This document shows positions 1-8,892 of a stretch of 64,000 bases of DNA, one piece after another. The stretch is from a virus (taxonomy: Duplodnaviria > Caudoviricetes): the IMG/VR virus record IMGVR_UViG_3300046005_001569, positions 1,729 through 65,728 of that record. One strand, written 5' to 3'. Both the position numbers and the translations under genes were made by a program. The notes below the pieces were generated by a model. That model did no database searches, was not told the DNA's origin, and was given only the letters and a program-made list of their open reading frames with translations. Every line of letters begins with the position of its first letter. Positions within the stretch are counted from its first letter, which is position 1.

Positions 1-702
1 TACAGCGTCAATATCGCTAACTCCAAATTGTTTTGCTAACTTGCCGCCTGCCGCGCTAATTCCGCCGCCAATCAATCCTGTTCCCAACGCTAATGCGGAT
101 TGTTTTGGTGTTGTTAATCCGTCGGCTGTTTGTTGTCTTATATTTTCTTCGGCAGCACCACCCATCATTAACCCTTCGCCGATATTGCCAGCATAAGGGG
201 CTAGTTTTGACGCGCCAGCTAACGCCTTTCCTGCTGCGCCACCCGCAAACATTGACGGCATTGATTCAATAACTGAATTAACGGCAACAGAAGGGTGTTG
301 CGCCAATGCCTTGATTGTGCCGCCAGCTTCTTGAATTAGGTTCGGATTTTCTCCTGAGTTTTTAACCTTATCGGATTCGTATTGCGCGTTTTCATATTTC
401 TGTGCATCACTGTAGTTTTCATCAGGGATTTCTTTTGCTTGTTTAGGTCTAAAGCCTACCGCGCCACCTTCATTTTCGAGAAACTTACCAACATGACCGC
501 CAGTGACAATATCTGCTAAACCCACAGCCGCTTCGGGTACGCCGATTGCACCTTTTAAGGCTGTAATTCCTACGTCCTTAACTGTTCCCGCAAGTGTGCG
601 CTTGGGCTTTTTTTCTTCTTCGGGTGTGAAATCAAATTTTGACCAATCAACAGGTTGTGAATTAGTGGGTGTATCGAAGGTAAATTTTGACCAGTCAGTC
701 AT
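1..702 (-). CDS. N-terminal 234 aa of a large virion/ejection protein, running off the window; probably the start of the giant gene at 51569..>64000
   Basis: Not in the ORF track. ATG at 702 (MTDWSKFTFDTPTNSQPVDWSKFDF...) and the frame reads open to position 1. Gly/Ala-rich helices are typical of N-termini of giant injected proteins. A late-promoter motif lies just upstream. Confidence 0.85.
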   Translation of the reverse strand, partial: MTDWSKFTFDTPTNSQPVDWSKFDFTPEEEKKPKRTLAGTVKDVGITALKGAIGVPEAAVGLADIVTGGHVGKFLENEGGAVGFRPKQAKEIPDENYSDAQKYENAQYESDKVKNSGENPNLIQEAGGTIKALAQHPSVAVNSVIESMPSMFAGGAAGKALAGASKLAPYAGNIGEGLMMGGAAEENIRQQTADGLTTPKQSALALGTGLIGGGISAAGGKLAKQFGVSDIDAV

Positions 703-734
703 CGCAGTATCTCGGTGAAATTTTAAATACTGCG

Positions 735-791
735 ATTTTAATGTTGTTGCCGTGTTAGATTTTTTAAACCAAATTAGTAAAACGGTTTAAA
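735..791 (-). promoter_or_regulatory. Late promoter: dyad TTTAAAC-N15-GTTTAAA (763-791) plus -10 TAAAAT (740-735)
   Basis: Near-identical dyad at 22399, 27248 and 46635, each with a TAnnnT hexamer 22 nt away. Confidence 0.8.
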
Positions 792-793
792 AT

Positions 794-1084
794 TTAGACA
801 TCCTTTTGACTGTCACGAAGAAGTGCGAGTTCCGATTGCGCTACTTTGCGCTGCGCCTTAAAAGCCCTAGCCTTAGCTTTTCCCGATTTTCCGACGTAAA
901 TCATTCTCACGATGCGCCCACTTTTGTTTGTAGCACCGCCACGATATACTTTTTTTATTTTTCCGTCTGAAATATCAAACTTTGACAAAATCTCTTTAAA
1001 ATCATCATATTTTGGATACAATTCAAAATCGTGCATCGTAAGATATTCGCGGGTAAGATTTTTACTGCAAATCAATTTCCACAT
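794..1084 (-). CDS. Hypothetical basic protein (start may be 1036)
   Basis: ORF at the end of the leftward early operon; no recognisable motif. Confidence 0.55.
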   Translation of the reverse strand: MWKLICSKNLTREYLTMHDFELYPKYDDFKEILSKFDISDGKIKKVYRGGATNKSGRIVRMIYVGKSGKAKARAFKAQRKVAQSELALLRDSQKDV

Positions 1085-1105
1085 TTTTTAAATCCTTGTT
1101 GTTCG

Positions 1106-1582
1106 TTAAAAAGGAATGTCACTGTCATAAGGCGCGTCACCTTCTGGATAGCCTCTCGCTTGATTATCATGTGCCGCTACATCGCGTCGATGCTGTTCGT
1201 GTGCTGGAACATAGCCGTCTTGTCGCGGTGGGTTTCTTGATGCTGGGGCAGGTTGCGGTGCATCAGAATTTTTCTTGCCGACCAAATCAAGTACATTCGC
1301 ATTGAGTTCTAACTGCGTGCGCTTCGTGCCATCGTTTGCAGTGTATTCGCTCATCGTTAATTCACCAGACACGAAAACCTGTTGTCCTTTTTTCAAATAA
1401 TCTTTCAGCGTTCCTTCCGCTTTCTTTCCCCAAAGGATAACGCGCAACCAAACTGTTTGTTGCTTATCACCAAAGCCAACGTTGTTTGCTACGTTGACAT
1501 TCAACACAGCCTGACCGCTTGGCAAGTAACGCACTTCTGCATCGCGTCCGACGGTACACACGCCACTAAATACATTTGACAT
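1106..1582 (-). CDS. ssb: Single-stranded DNA-binding protein
   Basis: OB-fold signature (GRDAEVRY...YLKKGQQVFVSGEL) and acidic C-terminal DSDIPF tip. Confidence 0.97.
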   Translation of the reverse strand: MSNVFSGVCTVGRDAEVRYLPSGQAVLNVNVANNVGFGDKQQTVWLRVILWGKKAEGTLKDYLKKGQQVFVSGELTMSEYTANDGTKRTQLELNANVLDLVGKKNSDAPQPAPASRNPPRQDGYVPAHEQHRRDVAAHDNQARGYPEGDAPYDSDIPF

Positions 1583-2138
1583 TTTTTCCTTCCTTTCTCT
1601 TTAGATAAATTTCATATTGCATTGCTTTGTAGCCTTCAATGCCGTACTTCTCGATTTGTTTCGCTTTGTGTTTGTGATACGCGCGTCGATTTTTTTCGAT
1701 TTTTTTTTGCTTATAAATCGGGTCGTTTTGATAACGTTCAGCACTGCGAAGGCGTTGGCGTGCGTTTCGCGCCTCACGATTAGCATTCAGCCAGTTCAAC
1801 TGATAAGCATTGTATTTTTCTCTATTGTTTTCCCGCCATCGTTTCGTGGTTTGCTTGCCGCGTTCAGATTGTCGATAGGTGCGCCAGTGTCTACGCGCTC
1901 TTTCACGGTTGTTTTCAACCCACATTTTCTCGCATTGCGGGTTTTGCATTCGCCATTTTTTGCGCCGCGCTTGCGCCCGTTGCACGGTATTGAGCTTGGC
2001 TTGTAGTCCGATTTGCGATTGCGCCGTGCGTTGTAATTTTTTATAGACTTCCATATCAAAGTCGTCATCAAGAAAGGCAATAGGCGAAATTCCATTTCGT
2101 TTGACTTGCATTTGTTGCACGAATTGCAAAACACTCAT
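1566..2138 (-). CDS. Hypothetical basic helical-repeat protein
   Basis: Repeats WVENNRER / WRENNREK / WLNANREA, often seen beside HNH domains; no HNH catalytic motif present. Confidence 0.7.
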   Translation of the reverse strand: MSVLQFVQQMQVKRNGISPIAFLDDDFDMEVYKKLQRTAQSQIGLQAKLNTVQRAQARRKKWRMQNPQCEKMWVENNRERARRHWRTYRQSERGKQTTKRWRENNREKYNAYQLNWLNANREARNARQRLRSAERYQNDPIYKQKKIEKNRRAYHKHKAKQIEKYGIEGYKAMQYEIYLKRKEGKNVKCI

Positions 2139-2293
2139 TTTTCACTCCGTAGTTTTGTTGTTGCTGGTGTGTGAAATGTAACGCTTCCGCATTCATTACA
2201 AACCATCACGCTTATATGCGGGTAAGTTGTCCATTTTCTACAAATATGCGGGGCAAACAGATTTTTAATTTTCGTCTTTATTTTCTTTATCAT
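2135..2293 (-). CDS. Small Cys/His protein, 52 aa, possible Zn ribbon
   Basis: Translated by hand (MIKKIKTKIKNLFAPHICRKW...VCNECGS...); ATGA overlap with the next gene. Confidence 0.5.
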   Translation of the reverse strand: MIKKIKTKIKNLFAPHICRKWTTYPHISVMVCNECGSVTFHTPATTKLRSEK

Positions 2294-2420
2294 CCTTCTT
2301 TCCTACTTGTGTCAGCAGCTTGATGTAGGCTTTGAATTCCATCGAATCCTGATTTTCAATGTAGTAATTAAACAGTTCATCTTTGCTCGAAAATTGCGGC
2401 AATTCTTTTTTGTCTATCAT
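2265..2420 (-). CDS. Small hypothetical protein
   Basis: ORF track entry 2265..2462; the more likely start is ATG 2420 (MIDKKELPQF). Confidence 0.5.
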   Translation of the reverse strand: MIDKKELPQFSSKDELFNYYIENQDSMEFKAYIKLLTQVGKKDDKENKDEN

Positions 2421-2475
2421 TTGAATTTCCTGAATCGGCGATTGCTTGTATTTCAAATACAAGCAAAACAGAAAT

Positions 2476-2500
2476 GATGGCGGCTAATGAAACCGCCATC
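2476..2500 (-). terminator. Possible weak terminator hairpin after the antirepressor gene
   Basis: GATGGCGG/CCGCCATC 8-bp stem followed by a broken U-tract on the minus strand. Confidence 0.4.
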
Positions 2501-2513
2501 GTTAAAACAATTT

Positions 2514-4181
2514 TTAAATGCCAATCTCTTTAATAATTGATTCGTACCAAAATAACTGCTGAACCGTTCCAGTTGAGTTCTTCTTATTGGTGTCGGCGAC
2601 AACAGAAAACGGTTTGCCTTTTTCGGTTGCTGCCCATTTGTCGCCGTTTTTTACTTGATAACCTTTTTCAAGCAACAAATTATTAAACGCCTGAGCTGTC
2701 ATTTTGTAATTATCACCGAGCTGGGTTGGTGTGTAATAACGTTCCTGAACAGGTGAAACAATGGCAGACTGACCAATCATTTCTAAAATGTTAAAGCCTG
2801 TTTCTTGGGCTGCGAGTTTGTTCGCACCTAAAGCAGCTTGATTGCCTTCGACACCTAGCATATTGAAGCCACATAACGCTTCTTTGATGATTGCGTTATT
2901 AGTCATTAGCTTTTCAAGCAGGCTGCTTTCTTTTGGTTCGACTTTTGGCTCTGCGTTTCCGCTGGTTAATTTTTCTTCCAATTCCACCATGCGGTCATAA
3001 ACGGCTGCCTGCACCTTGTAATTTTCTGACATCACCATCAAATGCGCTTCGCGTTTTGGTAGTGCGTAGCACTTACGAGTTGTGCCATCTTTGCCTTTGT
3101 AGCTGGCGTTAAATTTTACGGCAGCTTCTTCGCCCAACACTTTCACGACTTTTTTCATAAAGTTGTCGTGAGTTAAAACCGCTTTGCCTTCTTCACGCAT
3201 CTTGTTGATGATTTTCACGATTTCAACCGATGACATCACCTGACCAGTTGTTGCTGGCAATTCTAAATCTTCGGCTTCTTCAATTGGTTCTACTTCGGGT
3301 TCAACAACTGGTTCTGCTTCTTGTTCTACTTCTGGTTCAACAACTGGTTCTACAATTGGTTCAACAGGCGGTACGGCATCAGCATCTTTTGGATTCTGAA
3401 TGTTATCTACCCAATGTCTAACAATTTTTGCACGCGCCACTCTGCTGTAATTTACTATTAAAGCAAACATAGCATCACGGTCGAGCGCATAACATTTAAG
3501 CTGCTCACCCGATACGCTAAGATAACTTCTCGATTCGTAAGAAAATTTCAAATTTAATCTTTTCATTTCCTTAATAGCCGCCTCAATATCGCTCATAATT
3601 TCTGAGTGAGGCAGTTCGGCAAACACAGCAATTTCAATCGAGAGTATAACTTTTTGGTTCGTCAAGTCCGCACTTTCTGGCGGAATTGTAGAATCTGGCA
3701 TAACTCCCTCGATTTCAATTTGCACTGTTGGCTGTGCAAAAATTAACAAGCCGTTGCGAGTTTGTTTTTTATCGCCGCTCAAAATGTAGTCTGTGGTTGT
3801 ATTCAAGGTGGCAGCCAAGCCACTTAAATGACGATTGTTTATTTCTAAAAGTCGCCCCGATTCCCAGCGATTAAACGATGACCGACTGCACTGTACAGCC
3901 CTAACTACATCCATGACTGACATTTTGTTTTTCCAGCGCAAAACCTCAATGCGTCCGTGCTGGGTTGTTGTATCGGCGAAATCATCAAGGTTGGTTTCGA
4001 GCATATCAACCAACCTCATAAACGCTTTAGATGTGTGTTGCTGGGCTGGTTTTGAGCCGTCAAAAATCCAGCCTCTTAAAGTTGCTAGGTTTGTATCAAT
4101 TGCTTCTGCGACTTGAGGCAATGTTAAATTGCGTTTGTCGATTTCTGACTTCATTGCGGTGAATAAATTTAAGTAATTCAT
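2514..4181 (-). CDS. Multi-domain antirepressor-like protein: 2 x XRE HTH, 2 x Rha-like, C-terminal ANT/KilAC-like
   Basis: HTH motifs LTLPQVAEAIDTNLATLRGW and MSVMDVVRAVQCSRSSFNRWE. Rha-like motifs LSIEIAVFAELPHSEIMSDI...CYAL and MSSVEIVK...HDNFMKKV...CYALPKREAHLMVMS. C-terminal TPTQLG...AQAFNNLLLEKGYQ...QQLFW. Start at ATG 4181 after AGAGG. Confidence 0.85.
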   Translation of the reverse strand: MNYLNLFTAMKSEIDKRNLTLPQVAEAIDTNLATLRGWIFDGSKPAQQHTSKAFMRLVDMLETNLDDFADTTTQHGRIEVLRWKNKMSVMDVVRAVQCSRSSFNRWESGRLLEINNRHLSGLAATLNTTTDYILSGDKKQTRNGLLIFAQPTVQIEIEGVMPDSTIPPESADLTNQKVILSIEIAVFAELPHSEIMSDIEAAIKEMKRLNLKFSYESRSYLSVSGEQLKCYALDRDAMFALIVNYSRVARAKIVRHWVDNIQNPKDADAVPPVEPIVEPVVEPEVEQEAEPVVEPEVEPIEEAEDLELPATTGQVMSSVEIVKIINKMREEGKAVLTHDNFMKKVVKVLGEEAAVKFNASYKGKDGTTRKCYALPKREAHLMVMSENYKVQAAVYDRMVELEEKLTSGNAEPKVEPKESSLLEKLMTNNAIIKEALCGFNMLGVEGNQAALGANKLAAQETGFNILEMIGQSAIVSPVQERYYTPTQLGDNYKMTAQAFNNLLLEKGYQVKNGDKWAATEKGKPFSVVADTNKKNSTGTVQQLFWYESIIKEIGI

Positions 4182-4183
4182 TT

Positions 4184-4408
4184 TTAGACCTCTGCTAGAG
4201 CTTTTTTCTTTTGATGATATTCGTGTACTTCTGCCAATGTTGCGCGTTTTGAGAAATCCCAATATATAGTTCTCTCAATCCCTTCTTCTGCTGATTGACA
4301 AAACACAATTCCGACTTCTGATACGACGGCAAGTATGGGACTGCTTAATCGCGCCTTGTAAGTCTTTATCTCGCCAAGTTCTTCAACTGTTTTAAATTTG
4401 GTAGCCAT
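4184..4408 (-). CDS. Hypothetical protein
   Basis: In-operon ORF with tight spacing. Confidence 0.65.
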   Translation of the reverse strand: MATKFKTVEELGEIKTYKARLSSPILAVVSEVGIVFCQSAEEGIERTIYWDFSKRATLAEVHEYHQKKKALAEV

Positions 4409-4452
4409 TTTATTCTTGTTGTTAAAACTCCCCCGATAAGGGGGAATTAGAT

Positions 4453-4773
4453 TTAGTGTTGATGTTCGTATTCGGCGACGATTTTTAGCAGTCCGTTTTC
4501 GTCATTTGCAAAGCATTCAAAACGATGTTTTATTTCTTCGGCTTTTTGACAAGCGTGAAGCAAGTCTTTTGCGAATTGACGAGCATCTTCGATACTTGCG
4601 AAATTACGACCAGCAGCAAAGATTTTTTCTCGGAACTTTGGCTTCAAATCTACAGGGTCAATGTGTGGTTTTTCAAAAGAAATTCCGTTGTCGAATGTTT
4701 TGTACTGCGAGTATTGCGGTCTATTGCTCACGATAACCACCAAGCACTTTAACCAAGTCATCAAGTAGTACAC
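4453..4773 (-). CDS. Hypothetical protein (start probably GTG 4731)
   Basis: In-operon ORF coupled to rdgC. Confidence 0.6.
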   Translation of the reverse strand: MYYLMTWLKCLVVIVSNRPQYSQYKTFDNGISFEKPHIDPVDLKPKFREKIFAAGRNFASIEDARQFAKDLLHACQKAEEIKHRFECFANDENGLLKIVAEYEHQH

Positions 4774-5620
4774 GAAATTCGCCCGTCATTAAAATCATGT
4801 CAGCAAAGAATTTTTCCAACTCATCGCCTGCATCGAACTCACCGCGTTCTTCCATTGCCAAGTCCAAAAACTTCACGCGCTTGATGATAAAATCTGAATT
4901 AAGGACAAACGACAATCGGTCTTTGTAAGTCAACGCAAGTGAGCGAACCTGCATACCTTGTGAAATGTTTTCAGTGATTGTGTCCGATGTTACATCGAAA
5001 TTTTTAACGTTAATAATTGAGCTTTTTTGCTCGGCATCAACAATTCTGCATTCCTCACCAACTACAAAATCTGTGTGGCAATTAGGGATTGTTACCCATG
5101 CTTTCATTACATGAGTGAACTCAATTTTTGTGTCAATTGGCAACGCTGGGAATCCTTCTAACGCCTTACGCAATAACGATAAAACATCTTCGGCTTTGGA
5201 TTGCGACGCGGTATCAATCACGATAAACCCATTTTTCGTGTCAATGTACGCAAACGTTTTTGATTGTCGGACGAACGCACGCGGTAAAAATTCCATCGTG
5301 ACGTAATCTTTGATTTCGGCTTTTTCTTTGCTATAAACGGTTCGCTCTTGTTCTTCTTTGATTGCCGCAATGCGTTTGGCTACTTCGTCGCTAATCACTG
5401 ACGACGGCAATACTTTGTCGAACTGTTGAACGCAAAACATCATGCAGTCGTTAGATTCCATAACGAATTCGTCATCAATTACGGATGCAAAACCTTTTGA
5501 TTGCGCCATCATTCCTGTCGGTTCAACTACCTTGAACTGCGTTAATTCTCTTACGAGTTCTTCTGCTGTAAGTTCAAATTTTTCTGTCAATCTGAATGCG
5601 GTGATATTTTTAAAAAACAT
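4721..5620 (-). CDS. rdgC: Recombination-associated protein RdgC
   Basis: MFFKNITAFRL...KVLPSSVI...LPRAF...IVIDTASQSKAEDVLSLLRKAL...LSFVL: RdgC signature, 299 aa. Confidence 0.95.
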   Translation of the reverse strand: MFFKNITAFRLTEKFELTAEELVRELTQFKVVEPTGMMAQSKGFASVIDDEFVMESNDCMMFCVQQFDKVLPSSVISDEVAKRIAAIKEEQERTVYSKEKAEIKDYVTMEFLPRAFVRQSKTFAYIDTKNGFIVIDTASQSKAEDVLSLLRKALEGFPALPIDTKIEFTHVMKAWVTIPNCHTDFVVGEECRIVDAEQKSSIINVKNFDVTSDTITENISQGMQVRSLALTYKDRLSFVLNSDFIIKRVKFLDLAMEERGEFDAGDELEKFFADMILMTGEFRVLLDDLVKVLGGYREQ

Positions 5621-5622
5621 GA

Positions 5623-6189
5623 TTAAGACCCTGTTAAACAGTGTTGGACGATTGAATCAACGATTTCCAATTCATTTGCATGATGAATCAAATTATTAAA
5701 ATCAATTTCGTAAAGCTGTTGAGCTTCTTTTAATTCTTCAAATACTTCATAAAAATGCGCTTGCATTCGTGATGCGCTATTCGCAAAAACTACAAGAACC
5801 TTAGAGCTTAAAACTATTTCTCGCGGTTCTGCTCCGCCAACTACAATCGTGTCACCCAGCTTGTAAGGTGAGTAAAAGATTGTTTCATCGAAAACATCTT
5901 TTAAATCTTTCTCGCTTTCATCACCTACTTCTTGTTGTTGCTCAATTCCTTTTTTCATGCAGGCATCGTGTGACAAGAAATAAGCCTCATTGATATGAAT
6001 ACTCAATTCCTCTATTTCTTCGTACATACCTTGCACTTTGTCATTGATGTTTTCTAGCTCGTGCATAATCATCGCAAGTCTTGCAGTAGATTTACTATCA
6101 ATAATCAAATCTACACTTTCTGTAGTTGAACCATCACAAGTTGTTGTTGTTGTCGTCAGTGGAACTTTGTCACCGATTTTTAAATTCAT
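5623..6189 (-). CDS. Hypothetical acidic protein
   Basis: In-operon ORF preceded by an AG-rich RBS. Confidence 0.7.
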   Translation of the reverse strand: MNLKIGDKVPLTTTTTTCDGSTTESVDLIIDSKSTARLAMIMHELENINDKVQGMYEEIEELSIHINEAYFLSHDACMKKGIEQQQEVGDESEKDLKDVFDETIFYSPYKLGDTIVVGGAEPREIVLSSKVLVVFANSASRMQAHFYEVFEELKEAQQLYEIDFNNLIHHANELEIVDSIVQHCLTGS

Positions 6190-6255
6190 AATTTTTCTCT
6201 CTGTTGTGGTTGTGATACCTGCCCTTCACATCAAAGGGCAGGCGTGTTGATTGAT

Positions 6256-7725
6256 TTACCAAGAATCAGGGTATCTGTTCATGCTGGCTTCTTCTCGCGC
6301 TTGAATAAGCTGCCTCATTTCAGCAATTTCAAGAATGGCTCGCGGCATAGATTTTTTTACTGCTGCGAATTCCTCCCTTGTATTGCATTTGGTGATTTCG
6401 CTTCTCCAGTTGCTAATGTTCTCGTTTATTTTTACCCCTTGTTCTGAAATTTCTTTTTTGAACGTCGTTTTATAACCGCTTGGAATTTCGGTTAGCCCTC
6501 TCGACAATTCAGCGGGGGTTTGCCAAGACCTAATCATGCTGACCACATTAGCTATCGTTTTATCTTGTTGTGGTTGTGCGGGTTCTACTTCTGGGATTTG
6601 CGCTGTCCCTGTTGATTGCGGCATTAGTTCGCCGACAATCACAGTGGTAGGCGCGTCATCAATAAATTCTGGTGGCTCTGGTTGGAATTCCCCGAAATCA
6701 GGAGCTTCGTCAATTTCTAGTTCTGCCGTAACTGGTTGCTGTGCTGCTACCACTGGCTCTGGCTTTGGTTGAACTAATCCGTTTTTGGGTGTTGGTAGCA
6801 CAACCGCTTCTGATTCGATAATCGTTTCAGCCTGTCCACCAATCAAACTATCAACGCTTGCTTTTGATTTTCTCGCTGGCTTTGATTCGGTTGCGTCAAT
6901 GTCGATTACAACACCTGTTTCTGCTGTTTTTTCAAAGTTAATCAACTGATTCATGTCGGCTTTGTCGTCTACTGCCAAGCCTAATTCGGCTCTTTTGTCG
7001 CCAATTGGCAATAATTTAGCAAGTTTTTTAACTGCTTTTGCTTGCGCCATTTCAACGAACCAATCATTCCAAATTCCAATTGGCAATCCAGCATCAAGAC
7101 GCGCCCTATCTTCTGCCTTTGTGAATTTGGCGGCTTTCTGACTTGGTGAATTCAATCGTAATTTTTCAATTACTGCTTTGCTTACAAAAAGGCTGTATTG
7201 GTCTTTTGTGTCGGCGTGTCTTGCAACAACATAGATGCCGCGTAAATTTTGATAACACCAATCTCTGTCACCTTCGTCGCGGTCATCAATGCTTGGGACA
7301 AAACTAACTTTTGAATCCCAAGCGTCGTCATCAACAGTCATTTCAAATTTGTCACATTTATAAACGGCGTGTGTTTTAATCGCCCAGCCTGCGCGAAACA
7401 ACATTTGTATCATGCCTTTGTAGCTGACTTGCAATTGAGCGGATGTCACACCTGTTTTCCAATCTTTATATGGAAGTATGTAGCAATGGGCGACATTTTT
7501 ATCTATGTTCAAATCTAGCATTGCTACACCGATTGTCGCCTGCACAACTGATTCAACTGAGCAATCTTGATAAACTGGATTACTAAGAACAGCCACAGAT
7601 GCCGCCAAAAACTTGTCAGTGCGCCCTTCGTCGCCGTCCAATAATTTTGCAATTTGTTTGCGGTACTGTCTAACCAATGAATCTTTTACTTGGTGTTGGT
7701 AATCTACTAATTGTTGATTGCTCAT
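6256..7725 (-). CDS. recT: RecT-family single-strand annealing protein with long C-terminal extension
   Basis: CYILPY...AQLQVSYKGMIQMLFRAG...W..WFVEMAQAKAVKKLAKLLP; adjacent to a YqaJ exonuclease. Confidence 0.92.
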   Translation of the reverse strand: MSNQQLVDYQHQVKDSLVRQYRKQIAKLLDGDEGRTDKFLAASVAVLSNPVYQDCSVESVVQATIGVAMLDLNIDKNVAHCYILPYKDWKTGVTSAQLQVSYKGMIQMLFRAGWAIKTHAVYKCDKFEMTVDDDAWDSKVSFVPSIDDRDEGDRDWCYQNLRGIYVVARHADTKDQYSLFVSKAVIEKLRLNSPSQKAAKFTKAEDRARLDAGLPIGIWNDWFVEMAQAKAVKKLAKLLPIGDKRAELGLAVDDKADMNQLINFEKTAETGVVIDIDATESKPARKSKASVDSLIGGQAETIIESEAVVLPTPKNGLVQPKPEPVVAAQQPVTAELEIDEAPDFGEFQPEPPEFIDDAPTTVIVGELMPQSTGTAQIPEVEPAQPQQDKTIANVVSMIRSWQTPAELSRGLTEIPSGYKTTFKKEISEQGVKINENISNWRSEITKCNTREEFAAVKKSMPRAILEIAEMRQLIQAREEASMNRYPDSW

Positions 7726-8501
7726 TGTAATTCCCCTGTTTTGTTGGCTTCCGCCATTTCTTGTTGGTTGTGGATAATGCGGGTATCTGCGTTACTAATT
7801 AGGTTGTAGACTTCGTTGCGATATTCAATTGCCTGCTTGATGCGTTTATCTAAGAATTTGATGTCGCTTTCGTTTCTATAAACAATCATTACTTTCAAGT
7901 GCAATTCAGGTGCAAGAAAACGTGGGTCGTAAGAAACAAACAGCCACTTTTCACGCCCCGTAACATACATACATCCTTGAATTTGCCAGTAATACTCAGG
8001 CTTTAATTCTTTGAGTTCTTGAATACTTTTAATCAACATATACTTGATATGTGTCGTTGATTCAGGACACTTCGTTTCAATGCCTGCATCGTCATCAATC
8101 AAGCCGTCTGGTGTGCAACCCACATCATCATTGAGTTTGACAAACTCTTGATTGTCGCCGTATTTTTCAACGACTAAGCCGTATTTTTGATAAATCATTT
8201 CAATCGCTTCGGCTTCGGTGTTGTTGCCCCATTCCATAGCTTTGCTTTTGTAAGTCGGTGTCATGTCTTGCACGGTAAGCATTTCAGCCGCTTTTTCGGT
8301 AGCGTATGTTTTCGCCCCGTCTGGGAAGTAATCCGTGTCGTAAGTGTCTGGAACTTCTGGGGTGTCAGGTTCGCCGTTTTTGCCTTTTTTAGCTTTTGTA
8401 CCTTTGATTAGCTTGCCTTCTGGAAAAGTGCATAATCTGTGAAACTCAGATGCAGTGAACACGCCGCGTCTTAGCGCGAGCCATTCAAAATCTTCTGCCA
8501 T
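7722..8501 (-). CDS. YqaJ/lambda-exonuclease-family recombination exonuclease
   Basis: EWLALRRGVFTASE, AMEWG, GCTPDGL, IETKCP, YYWQIQG, FVSYDPR motifs. Confidence 0.95.
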   Translation of the reverse strand: MAEDFEWLALRRGVFTASEFHRLCTFPEGKLIKGTKAKKGKNGEPDTPEVPDTYDTDYFPDGAKTYATEKAAEMLTVQDMTPTYKSKAMEWGNNTEAEAIEMIYQKYGLVVEKYGDNQEFVKLNDDVGCTPDGLIDDDAGIETKCPESTTHIKYMLIKSIQELKELKPEYYWQIQGCMYVTGREKWLFVSYDPRFLAPELHLKVMIVYRNESDIKFLDKRIKQAIEYRNEVYNLISNADTRIIHNQQEMAEANKTGELQ

Positions 8502-8511
8502 AAATCCCTCT

Positions 8512-8892
8512 TTAGTAAAACAACAATCTGCCTATGCGTTTAGCTTTGGCTTTTGTTTGGTATCTGCGACCTAATTCAAGCGTATTGAAATAGATGTGTT
8601 TTTTGCTAATGCCTGCAACGCTAATTTCACTGACACTTTTAGCGAGCTGTTTCGCTTGTTTCCAAGCGGCTTTGTCGAGTTCGCCGCGTGGATTTGGATT
8701 CTTAACGCCATATTTGCGTACCCAGCTAAATTGTTTGTGTTTCGCAACTTCTTTGCAGACGTGCGTGTGATTCAGTGTCGCGCGGTTTTGCAGGATTTTC
8801 ATTGCTGCGATTTGCGCGGCAACTTCTTGGTCGCGGGTTTCTCTGTACGAATTAAGGGCAAGACAAAACAACGCTGATTTAACCAACATCAT
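8512..8892 (-). CDS. SleB-like cell wall hydrolase (Hydrolase_2 family)
   Basis: CLALNSYRETR (catalytic Glu), NRA, VCKEV...QFSW. Start at ATG 8892 after GAGG. Confidence 0.8.
   Translation of the reverse strand: MMLVKSALFCLALNSYRETRDQEVAAQIAAMKILQNRATLNHTHVCKEVAKHKQFSWVRKYGVKNPNPRGELDKAAWKQAKQLAKSVSEISVAGISKKHIYFNTLELGRRYQTKAKAKRIGRLLFY

Noticed and set aside
503-718. 71-aa plus-strand ORF
   Set aside because: Antisense to the real minus-strand gene starting at 702.
4223-4230. Single GTGTACTT copy far from the par locus
   Set aside because: An isolated 8-mer inside a CDS is expected by chance in 64 kb.
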